Shown here: one piece after another, positions 27,611-41,169 of the stretch
How positions within the stretch are numbered: the stretch's first letter is position 1
How the letters are laid out: every line of letters starts with the position of its first letter
Source of the DNA: Octopus sinensis
Taxonomy: Eukaryota
Direction: 5' to 3'
NCBI RefSeq assembly: GCF_006345805.1
Contig: NC_043025.1
Location: 14,818,001 to 14,882,000 of the forward strand
DNA: 64,000 nt
The notes under the pieces: model-generated
The model's database searches: none
Told to the model about the DNA's origin: nothing
Seen by the model: the letters and a program-made list of their open reading frames with translations, nothing else
Translations under genes and position numbers: made by a program

Positions 27611-30600
27611 AGAAAAGCAAAGTAAGGACGTACCCAGCACTTCTGTTTTCCATGTGAGGTGGTCGAGGCATCAGTCTGTACCATTTCTTCACTTTGCAAC
27701 CATCAGGTAGGTTCCGGAAGTTAATGTTTACCTTTTCATAGATGAACAGGACGCACAGACAGAGAGAGAGAGAGACATACAAGTAGATAAAGGAAAACAT
27801 TAAATATACACACAGTACACACAGACATTGATAGAAATGGTACGACAACAAAAGAATGAAAGAGACCTCGATTTTATGTAAATAGAGGAATTTATCTGTA
27901 AATATAATATGTGACAATTATTTGGTAGCCAAGATAAAACTGCAAGTTTCGGTTGTCGGGGCGAAGAGATTCTGGTGTGGGTTTCCGTCCTGACATCTGA
28001 AACTTGCAGTTTTATCATGGCTACCGAATAATTGTCACATATTATATTTACAGATATATAAATATAGGCGCAGGAGTGGCTGTGTGGTAAGTAGCTTGCT
28101 TACCAACCACATGGTTCCGGATTCAGTCCCACTGCGTGGCACCTTGGGCAAGTGTCTTCTACTACAGCCTCAGACCGATCAAAACCTTGTGAGTGGATTT
28201 GGTAGACGGAAACTGAAAGAAGCCCGTCGTATATATATATATATGTGTGTGTTTGTGTGTCTGTGTTTGTCCCCCTAGCATTGCTTGACAACCAATGCTG
28301 GTGTGTTTATGTCCCCGTTACTTAGCAGTTCGGCAAAAGAGACCGATAGAATAAGTACTGGGCTTACAAAAGAATAAGTCCCGGGGTCGAGTTGCTCAAT
28401 TAAAGGCAGTGCTCCAGCATGGCCGCAGTCAAATGACTGAAACAAGTAAAAGAATAAATGAATAATAACAGATGATGGATAATTGTCAGCTCATTACAGC
28501 TGTTTCTGACGCATCTTTTTAATAGAAGAATGTGAACATTACTCCGTTACAAAAAACCGTAAACATCAGACGTGGCTGAAGTCTGTTGAGGCTAATTATG
28601 AAATGGAAGAATGACCAACAAAGCTGGTCATTGTGGGCATTACACCTTTTCACAATCTATATTCTTAACCTAAGGTGGCAAGCTGGCAGAAACGTTAGCA
28701 CGCCAGGCGAAATGCGTAGACGTTTTTCGTCTGCTGTTACGTTCTGAGGTCAATTTCTGCCGAGATCGACTTTGCATTTCATCCTTTAGGAGTCGATAAA
28801 TAAAGTACCAGTTACGCACTGGGGTCTATGTAATCGACTTAATCCGTTTGTCTGTCCCTGTTTGTCCCTTCTATGTTTAGCCCCTTGTGGGTAGTAAAGA
28901 AATATATATTCTTAACCTAACCCCACCCCCTAATTCCCACAACAACCAACTTTGTTGATCATTCTCCCAGTTTAGAATTGGTCCTGACAGACTTCAGCCA
29001 GCGCTCTGCTGTATTCTTGAAATATTCTTTTGTTTGTAAAATTACGTTTCCTCTGATGGTAACACTTCTTTGCAATGGAGTAATGTTACTCTTTTATACT
29101 CTTTTACTTGTTTCAGTCAGTTGACTGCGGCCATGCTGGAGAACCGCCTTTAGTCGGGCAAATCGACCCCGGGACTTATTCTTTTGTAAACCCAGTACTT
29201 ATTCTATCGGTCTCTTTTGTCGAACCGCTAAGTATGTATGAGCCAATGAGGGAGACCTCTACATGGTAGCTAGACCTGGTAGAAATAGCAGCCATGGCTC
29301 ATATATACATACATAAGAGAGTAGGGTGTGATTTAAGGGAGATTTGGCTGCTATTTCTACCAGGTCTAGCTACCATGTAGAAGTCTCCCTCATTGGCTCA
29401 TACATACATATATACATACATAAGAGAGTAGGGTGTGATTTGAGGGAGATTTGGCTGCAATTTCTACTAGGTCTAGCTACCATGTAGAGGTCTCCCTCAT
29501 AGGCTCATACATACATATATACATAGATAAGAGAGTAGGGTATGATTTGAGGGAGATCTGACTGCTATTTCTACCAGGTCTAGCTACCATGTAGAGGTCT
29601 CCCTCATTGGCTCATACATACATATATACATACATAAGAGAGTAGGGTGTGATTTGAGGGAGATCTGACTGCTATTTCTACCAGGTCTAGCTACCATGTA
29701 GAGGTCTCCCTCATTGGCTCATACATACATATATACATACATAAGAGAGTAGGGTGTGATTTGAGGGAGATCTGACTGCTATTTCTACCAGGTCTAGCTA
29801 CCAGGTAGAGGTCTCCCTCATTGGCTCATACATACATATATACATACATAAGAGAGTAGGGTGTGATTTGAGGGAGATCTGACTGCTATTTCTACCAGGT
29901 CTAGCTACCATGTAGAGGTCTCCCTCATTGGCTCATACATACATATATACATACATAAGAGAGTAGGGTGTGATTTGAGGGAGATTTGGCTGCTATTTCT
30001 ACCAGGTCTAGCTACCATGTTGAGGTCTCCCTCATTGGCTCATATATACATATATACATACATAAGAGAGTCGGGTGTGATTTGAGGGAGATTTGCCTGC
30101 TATTTCTACTAGGTCTAGCTACCATGTAGAGGTCTCCCTCATTGGCTCATACATACATATATACATACATAAGAGAGTAGGGTGTGATTTGAGGGAGATT
30201 TGCCTGCTATTTCTACTAGGTCTAGCTACCATGTAGAGGTCTCCCTCATTGGCTCATACATACATATATACATACATAAGAGAGTAGGGTGTGATTTGAG
30301 GGAGATTTGCCTGCTATTTCTACTAGGTCTAGCTACCATGTAGAGGTCTCCCTCATTGGCTCATTCATACATACACTGAACCGCAAAAGAAACATAAGAC
30401 GTGTGTGACTGGGAAATATGTTTTAATTTCATAATGTCAAGGATAAATTTTGATAAATCTGATAAAGTCAATTTCTTGGATGCACTTTGACCACAGTCTA
30501 TGGGTCCTCGGCGGAATTTGAACTCAGAACGTAACGTCAGACGAAATATCGCTAAGCATTTTGCCTGGCGCGCTAACGTTTCTACCACCATACCCTCACT

Positions 30601-33600
30601 CTACCATCCAAGGTGGGAACACAGTCCCAGCTCTCATCAGAGAAGACTTTCGACCCCCATTGTTGATGCTGCCAGTGTTGGTGCCATGCAGCCCACTGAA
30701 GTCATGCCTGGTGGTGGCGGGCAGTGAGGGCAGGGCTTCGAGCAGGACAATGGCAATGCAGGTTGTTGGCGGCCAGTTGATGTCGTACTGTGTCATCACT
30801 GATGGGTCACTGTCCAGTGTCAATGGTCTCGCGAGCTGTCACACTGGCTGGTGTGAAGTGATCATGGAAGTGTTGCAGGTGGATGAAGTGGTGGTCACCC
30901 GGAGGTACCCTCTGTGGGCATGGTCTACAGTGCTGTTGGTGTTTTGGTGTTGTTGTATCGCTGTTGCAGGCGATAGATGGTGCTAACATGGAGATTGTAA
31001 GCATTCGCAGCAACCAGGTCATGCTGTCCTGTTTGCAATCGGCCAATAGCTTGTTCTCTCTGTGCTACTGACAGTTGGGTCATTCCTGATGTGTCCAAAT
31101 TACGAATGCCAAGAATGTGGTTCAAGATGATTTCTATCCCCATAACCTCCTCAAGATGCACGTGCATTTCGGGTTTCATGACAATTGTTTGCGACTGCCA
31201 CCCATGGCATTCAACACAGCTGGGTTTTGGCATCTTGTTTCAGGGAAAGTTGAAAGGTTTCCTGCAATTTGGGTCTCAACCATAAACCAGAATGTCTTGG
31301 AATATTTACACTTACATACCTGAAATGAATTTTCAGAATTTATCATATAAAAATGACATTTGAAAATATCATGTTTCTTTTGCAGTTCAGTGTATATCTT
31401 TATATATAAAATTGAAGTTGTGTGTGTGAGACCCTGTCTCCTCCGATTTAGATTCCTAACTACTCCCACATTTTGCGGTGCAGTTTAACCAAAAGCGGGT
31501 ATCTTATAGTCGTCATTCATATCAAGCCCTTCTGTGTATTAGCGCGTGTCTACGATGAGTCTACGATTTAAAAAAAAATTTATCATCATTTTTCCGCATT
31601 TTTAATGATTTTTGCTCGGGTTATATAAGGGAAGTAACTTTCTAAAAATGGTTATATAGTTATTTCCCTTACAAACCCGAGCAATGCCGGGCGATACTGC
31701 TAGTACGTACATAAGACAGTAGGGTGTGATTTGAGGGGGATTTGGCTGCTATTTCTACCAGGTAATGTGAATGTACTCTAATACCTTATGAACCCTTTAT
31801 TCATTCTGGCCCTCAAATTGCCAACCCTTGGTTCACTGTTACTTACCTCACCAAGAAAATCATTGCTGCTCACTCTATCCCAGTCCCACAGTTTCACTTC
31901 AATAACAGTCTTTGGAGGACAGGACAATGGCATGTTGAACTCGAATGTCTCGTACCAACTGGGGAACCTGGTCTTCTTCTGTGTCTGATGTTGGGAGGTG
32001 GTGGTGATGGTGGTGGTGGTGGTTGAAGTTATGGTGATGACAGTTTGAAGTCATGTGTGGAAATGGAGGGGGAGTGGCGGAAAATGAAAGAAAAAAAGAA
32101 CAAGTAAATTAACAAATATAAAAAAAAACAAAGCATTTGTAACATCGTTAGTTAAGACATCTTTATATATAAAAGTAAGGTTGTGTGTCTGTCTCCTCCG
32201 ATTTAGATTCCTAACTACTCCCACATTTTGCAGTGCAGTTTAACCAAAAGCGGGTATCTTATAGTCGTGATTCATATCGAGCCCTTCTGGGTATTAGCGC
32301 GCGTCTATGATGTGTCTACGATTTAAAAAAAAATTTACCATCATTTTTTCCATTTTAATGCATATTTTTTTAAAAAATGTCTACGATGAGTCAACGATTC
32401 AAAAAAAAATTTACCATAATTTTTTTTCCATTTTTAATGCATTTTTTTGCTATTTTTTGGCTATAACTCTCTAAAAATGCTTTATACTTATTTCCCTTAC
32501 AAACCCGAGCAACGCCGGGCGATACTGCTAGTCTTAAATAAAAATATTGAAGACTATAAACTCCATCATTATATTTACAGTAAGTATATCTACCCTGTGT
32601 TTCAGTCAGTTTGGTCTCCAGCCATCATCACTCTCTCTCTCTTTTACTCTTTTACTTGTTTCAGTCATTTGGCTGCGGCCATGCTGGAGCACCACCTTTA
32701 GTCGAGCAAATCGACCCCGGGACTTATTCTTTTTTTGTAAGCCCAGTACTTATTCTATCGTTCTCTTTTGCCGAACCGCTAAGTGACAGGGACATAAACA
32801 CACCAGCATCGGTTGTCAAGCAATGCTAGGGGGACAAACACAGACACACAAACATACACATGCATATATACATATATATACATATAAGACGGGCTTCTTT
32901 TCAGTTTCCATCCACCAAATCCACTCACAAGGCTTTTGTTGGCCCAAGGCTATAGTAGAAGGCACTTGCCCAAGGTGCCACACAGTGGGACTGAACCTGG
33001 AACCATGTGGTTGGTAAACAAGCTACTTACCACACAGCCACTCCTGCGCCTATAAAAGAATAAAACATCAGGTGTTTTATTCTGAAGGAAATTTGTGCTT
33101 TCAGACGAGATTTCATCTCAGGGTCGTTATCAATTTTAAATTAGAATTGTTTTTTCTCACAGGTTGAGACTCCTAAGAATCTGTCTCAGAAAACTGATAT
33201 AAAACCCATTCGAATGTAACATTGGGGTTATTTACATAAATTCTTTAAATTGCTTCAGCTTTAAAGCTGTGGCCATGCTGGGGCATTGCCACTGAATGAA
33301 AATTTCTCAGATAAACAGAGTGATATGATGGCCAGAATCTGATTAATGCCACAGAGGAGGGAGATGACAATTGGAGTCTTATGAATCATGATATGTATAC
33401 ACACACACACACACATACACACACACACTCACACACACATACAGAAAGGCATAGATAATGTACACATACATATATAGGCGTAGGAGTGGCTGGGTGGTAA
33501 GTAGCTTGCTTACCAACCACATGGTTCCGGGTTCAGTCCCACTGCGTGGCACCTTGGGCAAGCGTCTTCTACTATAGCCGCGGGCCGACCAAAGCCTTGT

Positions 33601-34477
33601 GAGTGGATTTGGTAGATGGAAACTGAAAGAAGCACATCGTGAATATGTATATATATATGTGTGTGCGTGTTTGTCCCCCTAGCATTGCTTGACAACCGAT
33701 GCTGGTGTGTTTATGTCCCCGTCACTTAGCGGTTCGGCAAAAGAGACCGATAGAATAAGTACTGGGCTTACAAGGAATAAGTCCCGGGGTCGAGTTGCTC
33801 GACTAAAGGCGGTGCTCTAGCATGGCCGCAGTCAAATGACTGAAACAAGTAAAAGAGAAAGTAAAAGAGAAATACATACAGCCATGCGTGTGTGTGTGTG
33901 CATGCGTGTGTGTGTGCATGCGTGTGTGTGTGCATGCGTGTGTGTGTGCATGCGTGTGTGTGTGCATGCGTGTGTGTGTGCATGCGTGTGTGTGTGCATG
34001 CGTGTGTGTGTGCATGCGTGTGTGTGTGCATGCGTGCCAGGCATTTCTAAGATAGATATAGGTGTGTCTTACCGATGTGGTTTTACTCTGTTCCAGGAAG
34101 GAAACAGTTACAAATGGATCCGAACTCCCAAACATATCCTTTGGTGCCAAATCCCTGAAATGGAAAGACAGCAACACATGAGAATCACTTGACTGAGTGG
34201 AACTGTGTGTGTGTGTGTATATATATATGTAACTGTGTATGTATATGTATGGGTATCGGTCCTTCTCTCTCTCTCTCCCACTGTGTGTGTGTATATATAT
34301 ATATATGGGAGCACTCCATCGGTTACGACGACGAGAGTCCCAGCTGATACGATCAACGGAACAGCTTGCTCGTGAAATTAACCTGCAAATGGCTGAGCAT
34401 TCCACAGACACGTGTACCCTTAACATAGTTCGCAAGGAAATTCAGCGTGACACAAAGTGTGACAAGCCCTCACATAT

Positions 34478-34522
<45 letters not shown>

Positions 34523-36481
34523 GAAAGGTGGACTCTATGATGCATTTGTGTGAACTGCCATGCTACATGTCAGTGAAACATGGGCCATGACTGCTGAGGA
34601 CATGCATAGGTTTGAAAGAAAGGAAGCTAGTATGATCCGCTGGATGTATGATGTCAGTGTTCATACATGACAGAGTGTGAGCACCCTGAGAGAAAAGTTG
34701 GACATAAGAAGCATCAGATGTGGTGGTGGTGGTGTTGATGGTGATAATGATGGTAGTGGTGGTGATGGTGGAGGTGTTGTTGTTGGTTGTAGTGATGATG
34801 ATGATGATGATGTCATTGTTGATTATGATGATGATGATGATGACAAAATGTATAAAGGAAAAACCAAAAAGAGAGAAAACAAGCCCAAATGCCCTGCACC
34901 CCTCCTGCTCCCTCCCCGCCCCTGCCAATTGCCCTGCCCCTAGGGGCTTGTTCTCACCTTGCCTCCATCACAGTCACTCGGAGTGTATTCTCTTGTCTCA
35001 CAACGTCTCGGATTTTCTCGATCTCGATCAGGATCTCCCCCTGGATTTCAGCAGCTTTGTTCACTTTGGTGAGTGGCAGCCACATCTCTGTAGCTAAAAT
35101 GAGCAGAAGAGAGTACCAGGTGTAGCAAGGAGTACAACGATAAAAGAGTACAACAGTAAAAGAGTACATTGGGGGTGTCACAAGAATTTATAAGATCTAA
35201 AGAGAATGAGAAATTCTTTTATGGAACTGGATCTCAAAGCACATAAAAGCTATCAATAAATAATATAGGTGCAGGAGTGGCTGTGTGGTAAGTAGCTTGC
35301 TAACCAACCACATGGTTCCGGGTTCAGTCCCACTGCGTGGCATCTTGGGCAAGTGTCTTCTGCTATAGCCCCGGGCCGACCAATGCCTTGTGAGTGGATT
35401 TGGTAGACGGAAACTGAAAGAAGCCTGTCGTATATATGTATATATATACATGCATGTGTGTGTTTGTGTGTCTGTGTTTGTCCCCCTAGCATTGCTTGAC
35501 AACTGATGCTGGTGTGTTTACGTCCCCATCACTTAGCGGTTCGGCAAAAAGAGACCGATAGAATAAGTACTGGGCTTACAAAAAGAATAAGTCCCGGGGT
35601 CAAGTTGCTTGACTAAAGGCGGTGCTCCAGCATGGCTGCAGTCAAATGACTGAAACAAGTAAAAGAGTAGAAGAGTAAAAGAATAATAATAATCCTTTCT
35701 ACTAAAGGCACAAGGCCTGAAATTTTTTGGGAAGAGGCTATTCAGTTACATCAATCCCAATGTTTCACTGGTACTTAATTTATCAACCCCGAAAGGATGA
35801 AAGGCAAAGTTGACCTTGGTAGAATTTGAACTCAGAACCTAAAGACAGAGAAAATGCCACTAAATATTTCACCAGGTGTGCTAACAATTCTGCCAGCTCA
35901 CCACCTTCTTTAAAAAGTTGCCAGCAGGTGGCTACGCGAGTCAAGCCTGTATCCCTCCCTCGGATATTAGCCAAGTGCTCTAACCATTAAGCCAAATGGC
36001 CCCCTGAAACCTTAATAATAATAATAATGATGATGATGATAATGATAACCTTTAGGAGGGACAAACAAGAGTGCCCAATAATCGACGTAGCAGTGCCAGG
36101 AGATCAATATATTATCATGAAAGAAAGAGAAAGGTTGACAAATATGGAGAGCTGAGAATTGAGATTGCTAAGATGTGAGAGCTACGAACATAAAGGTTAT
36201 CCCTGTTGTCATCGGAGCATTCGGTTCAATTCCACCCAATCTGAAGAAACATCGGAAAACCTTAGAAATACAATATACTCTTTTACTTGTTTCAGTCATT
36301 TGACTGCGGCCATGCTGGAGCACCGCCTTTAATCGAGCAACTCAACCCCGGGACTTATTCTTTTGTAAGCCCAGTACTTATTCTATTGGTCTCTTTTGCT
36401 GAACCGCTAAGTGACGGGGACATAAACACACCAGCATCGGTTGTCAAGCAATGCTAGGGGGACAAACACAGACACACAAAC

Positions 36482-36514
<33 letters not shown>

Positions 36515-37425
36515 GGTGACGGGCTTCTTTCACTTTCCGTCTACCAAATCCACTCACAAGGCATTGGTCGACCCGAGGCTATAGCAGAAGACACTTGCCC
36601 AAGATGCCACGCAGTGGGACTGAACCTGGAACCATGTGGTTGGTAAACAAGCTACTTACCACACAGCCACTCCTGCGCCTATAATCTAGATGAATTTCAA
36701 AGGGCGGCATTGCTTGAAACTGCAGGCATATTGCATAAAGTACTGACTGTCTGGGGTCCTTGTTGTGACTTGACAAGCAGTATAAACCCCCGATAGACAC
36801 AATGTCTTTAACCCTTTTGTTACCATATTTCTGCTGAGATGCTCTGTGTTTCTTTCAATTACTTTAAATATAACAAAGAATTTAGTAAAATAACTTAGTT
36901 ATCATTAAGCTGGTGTTAGGAACATAAATTGTGACTAAGGTTTGGTGGAAGGTTTTAATTCAGAACTTTTGAAAACAAGACATTAATACTACAGAGCCAG
37001 AACCGGTTTTGGCCGGGTTGGTAACGAAAGGGTTAATCAACATCATGATATTGGATACTGTGCGACGTCTATAATAATGATGATGATGGTGATGATGATG
37101 ATGGATTCTGATACATCAAAGATGATGTATGAGTGTCCAGTTTTGGCTAAACAACCTGCACAGATGATCTGTTTAGAGGGATCAAATGTTTGAGCTGTAC
37201 ATGAGCTCTCTCTGGCCCTTTTGTGCTATTTCTGTTTCTATATACCAAAAGCTTCTTCTTTGAGGGACATTTGGCTGCTATTAACTGATTTCTGAAGATA
37301 AATGTTGAGTATTACAACAGCTTACCTTTCCTTCCGGTTGCTATGGCATCTCTGGAAAGGGTTACTTTTCCAATAATATCATCTTCCCTGTTAGTAAAAG
37401 AAAAGATGTGTACATAAACACATAC

Positions 37426-37457
<32 letters not shown>

Positions 37458-39863
37458 ACACCCACACATACCATCATCAACATCGCATATATACATATGC
37501 ATTCATACATAAGTATAAACATATACTTTTATTTTTATACATACATATATATATATATACATCATCATCATTTAATGTCCATTTTCCATGCTAGCATGGG
37601 TTGGACGGTTCCACCGGGGTCCGGAAAACCAGGAGGCTGCACCAGGCTCCAGTCTGATCTGGCAGTGTTTCTAAAATTGGATGCCCTTCCTAATGCCAAC
37701 CACTCCGTGAGTGTAGTGTGTGTATTTTACGTGCCACCGGCACAGGGGCCAGAGGAGTCTGGCAACAGCCACGATCTGTTGGTGCTTTTTACGTTCCACC
37801 GGCACGGACCCCACTCAAGGCGGTACTGGCATCGGCCATGTACAGATGGTGCTTTTTACTTGCCACTGGCACGGGTATCACAACTACAATTTGCATTTGA
37901 TTTTTATTTTGATGTTGATGTACTTGACTCAATAGGTCTCCTCAAGAACAGCGGGTCACCCTACAATCCAAGGTAAACATAGCAGGCCATCCTGCGAGCC
38001 ATGAACTTACTTCATTTGTCGAGTCTTCACAGTCACAACATATCTCCAGAGGTCTCGGTCTTTTGTCATAGCCTCTGTGGGGCCCAATGTTCGAAGGTCA
38101 TGCTTCACTACCTCATATATATACATACATGAGATATGCATTGTTGAAGTTTTGTAGTACTCTTATTCCAAGAACACATGCTTAGATTTTATGTATCTTG
38201 CATGAAAAGTGGATGTATTTGCACTTCCAAAGGGGCTCTGTCCTGTGTTATAAACCCCATTAGGGGGTGGGGTTCAAATAACATTCTAAGATGGTGAAAT
38301 TTTGTAAATCGTCTTTATTTGGTACCTAGTAGTTATGTCGTAATTTTCATTGAAATTGGAGGTATTTGAAATTTCCCAGGGGTTGTTTGCCCCCCTTTAA
38401 GCCCCCTAATCGCAATGGAAAGTAAATTTTATGTAGCTCATCGTCTTTCTCGTAAAATTTTACATGAGAACACATACTTTGTTTTTATGACTCTTCTAGT
38501 CTCTTTCATCCCATAGACGTACAGACACACAGACATTGAGCTTTATTAAATGGATATAACATTTTTGTGCTACGGGAAGAACAGAAGCAGGCAGCAGCAA
38601 CTGAAATGTTCTCCTCGAATGGTAGAGTAGAGAAGATGTGTCACTCACCCCAGTCGGTCCTCATCGTAGACATACAGGTTCAAATCATAGAAGTCACTGT
38701 GCAAATGCATCTTGTACTCCTCACCCCAGAATGGACACAACGTTTTATAGACGGTGGCTGTCCTGTAAGAGAAAGAAAGAAAGAAAGAAAGATGGGTGAC
38801 TAAGTCGGTTGTTGTGTGTGTGTATATATATATATAAAATAATTTTTTGGGGAAGCACTCTGTCGGTTACGACGACGAGGGTTCCGGTTGATCCAAATCA
38901 ACGGAACAGCCTGCTCGTGAAATTAACGTGTAAGTGGCTGAGCACTCCACAGACACGTGTACCCTTAACGTAGTTCTCGGGGATATTCAGTGTGACACAG
39001 AGAGTGACAAGGCCGGCCCTTTGAAATACAGGTACAACAAAAACAGGAAGTAAGAGTGAGAGAAAGTTGTGGTGAAAGAGTACAGCAGGGATCACCACCA
39101 TCCCCTGCCGGATCCTCGAGGAGCTTTAGGTGTTTTCGCTCAATAAACACTCACAACGCCTGGTCTGGGAATCGAAACCGCGATCCTATGACCGCAAGTC
39201 CGCTGCCCTAACCACTGGGCCATTGCGCTTCATATAAAATAATATTGGGGAATGATTCCAAACTTACAGGGAAAAATTCAATTTAGTGATACTTAATCAA
39301 ATTTCACAATATATAATCTTTATATATAAAACTAAAGTTGTGTGTGTGAGAGTCTGTCTCCTCCGATTTAGATTCCTAACTACTCCCACATTTTGCGGTG
39401 CAGTTTAACCAAAAGCGGGTATCTTATAGTCGTGATTCATATCGAGCCCTTCTGGGTATTAGCGCGCGTCTATGATGTGTCTACGATTTAAAAAAAAATT
39501 TACCATCATTTTTCCGCATTTTTAATGATTTTTGCTCGGGTTATATAAGGGAAGTAACTCTCTAAAAATGGTTATATAGTTATTTCCCTTACAAACCCGA
39601 GCAACGCCGGGTGATACTGCTAGTATATGTATATAAATTAGAGAAGAACCACCATTAAGCCATTCAACAATGGTTTACTAAATCATAGAAAAAAATTAAA
39701 GCTACGACAAAACAATTACCTAAAATAAATGCAGTACTAAATAATAAATAAATAGTTTATAATTTGTAAATAGACTACGCGTGTTTCGTGGCTATATTTT
39801 CAAATTGCTAACAAAAAAAAAAAAGAAATCAAATAAAATCAATTTGATTTTATTGTTTTATTG

Positions 39864-39934
<71 letters not shown>

Positions 39935-41138
39935 TCATCATCATCGTTTAGCGTCCGCTTTCCATGCTAGCATGGGTTGGATGGTTCAACTGGGGTCTGG
40001 GAAGCCAGAAGGCTGCACCAAGCCCTGTCTGATCTGGTAATGTTTCTACGGCTGGATGCCCTTCCTAACGCCAACCACTCTGTGAGTTTAGTGGGTGCTT
40101 TTTACGTGCCACCGACACAAGTGCCAGAGGAGGCTGGCAAATGGCCATGATTGGATGGTGCTTTTTACATATCACCCTCACAGGGGCCAGTCGGGGTGGT
40201 GCTGGCAACGGCCATGATTCGGATGGCTCTCTTATGTACCACCGGCACTGGTATCACAGCTGCAATTTCTATTGATGTTGATCGATATATATATATATAT
40301 ATACACACAAAGTTTTGGTCAGTTGGCATCCTAACTACACTACCTCATGTTCCTGAGATTCATATCTACATCTTTATCTGTATATTTACCTTCCCTAAGA
40401 TGTTACTAATTGATCTGAGAACTTTATATTATTGGAAAACCTATATGAAATTAGCTGAAGATTACTTGACATCTTAAATCTGCTGTAATATTTACAGCCT
40501 TTAATAAAATGTTGTAGTATGAAACAATTGTACTAAATTACCAGATTCATTCTTGTTGCTTATTTTTTTATTATAATCACCCCGCATATTTTTATGGGTA
40601 ACCCCATAAAAATTCTGGTGCATCTAAATTCATTTGAATCTAAATTGTTGCTGAACTTATATATATATATATATACACAGGGGTTGGACAAAATAATGGA
40701 AACACCTAGCATCATAAGTTTGAAATATCTATAAAACCGTCAAAAGCTTGTTTATTTTTATGCTTTTTGACTTATTATTAGCATTGCTTAATATGTTTTG
40801 CTAAAATTGCCATTTCTTTTCAGATATCATCAGAAAAGGTAATTAAAATTCATTAAAATGACAAATTTATCAGATTTTCAAAGAGGCCGTTATCTGTGTT
40901 ATTGTGTATTCTTCACCAAACTCAGAACCCTCAATACGTTTGGATCTGGAGTCTGTACTTGAAGTGAATCTTATTCCCATGGAACTTGGATGACATGATG
41001 AGCAATCAGTCATTTACTTGTGAATGGATGGATGATTCGTTCCTCTGTATGAAACCTTGAGCAAGTCTTTTACTTTAGCGTCAGGCCAGCTAAAGCCTTG
41101 AGAGTGGATTTGGTAGATGGAAACTGAAAGAAGCCTGT

Positions 41139-41169
<31 letters not shown>

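Noticed and set aside
29233-30372. CRISPR-like regular array
   Set aside because: The units are near-identical along their full length with no unique spacers, there are no cas genes, and the context is eukaryotic.
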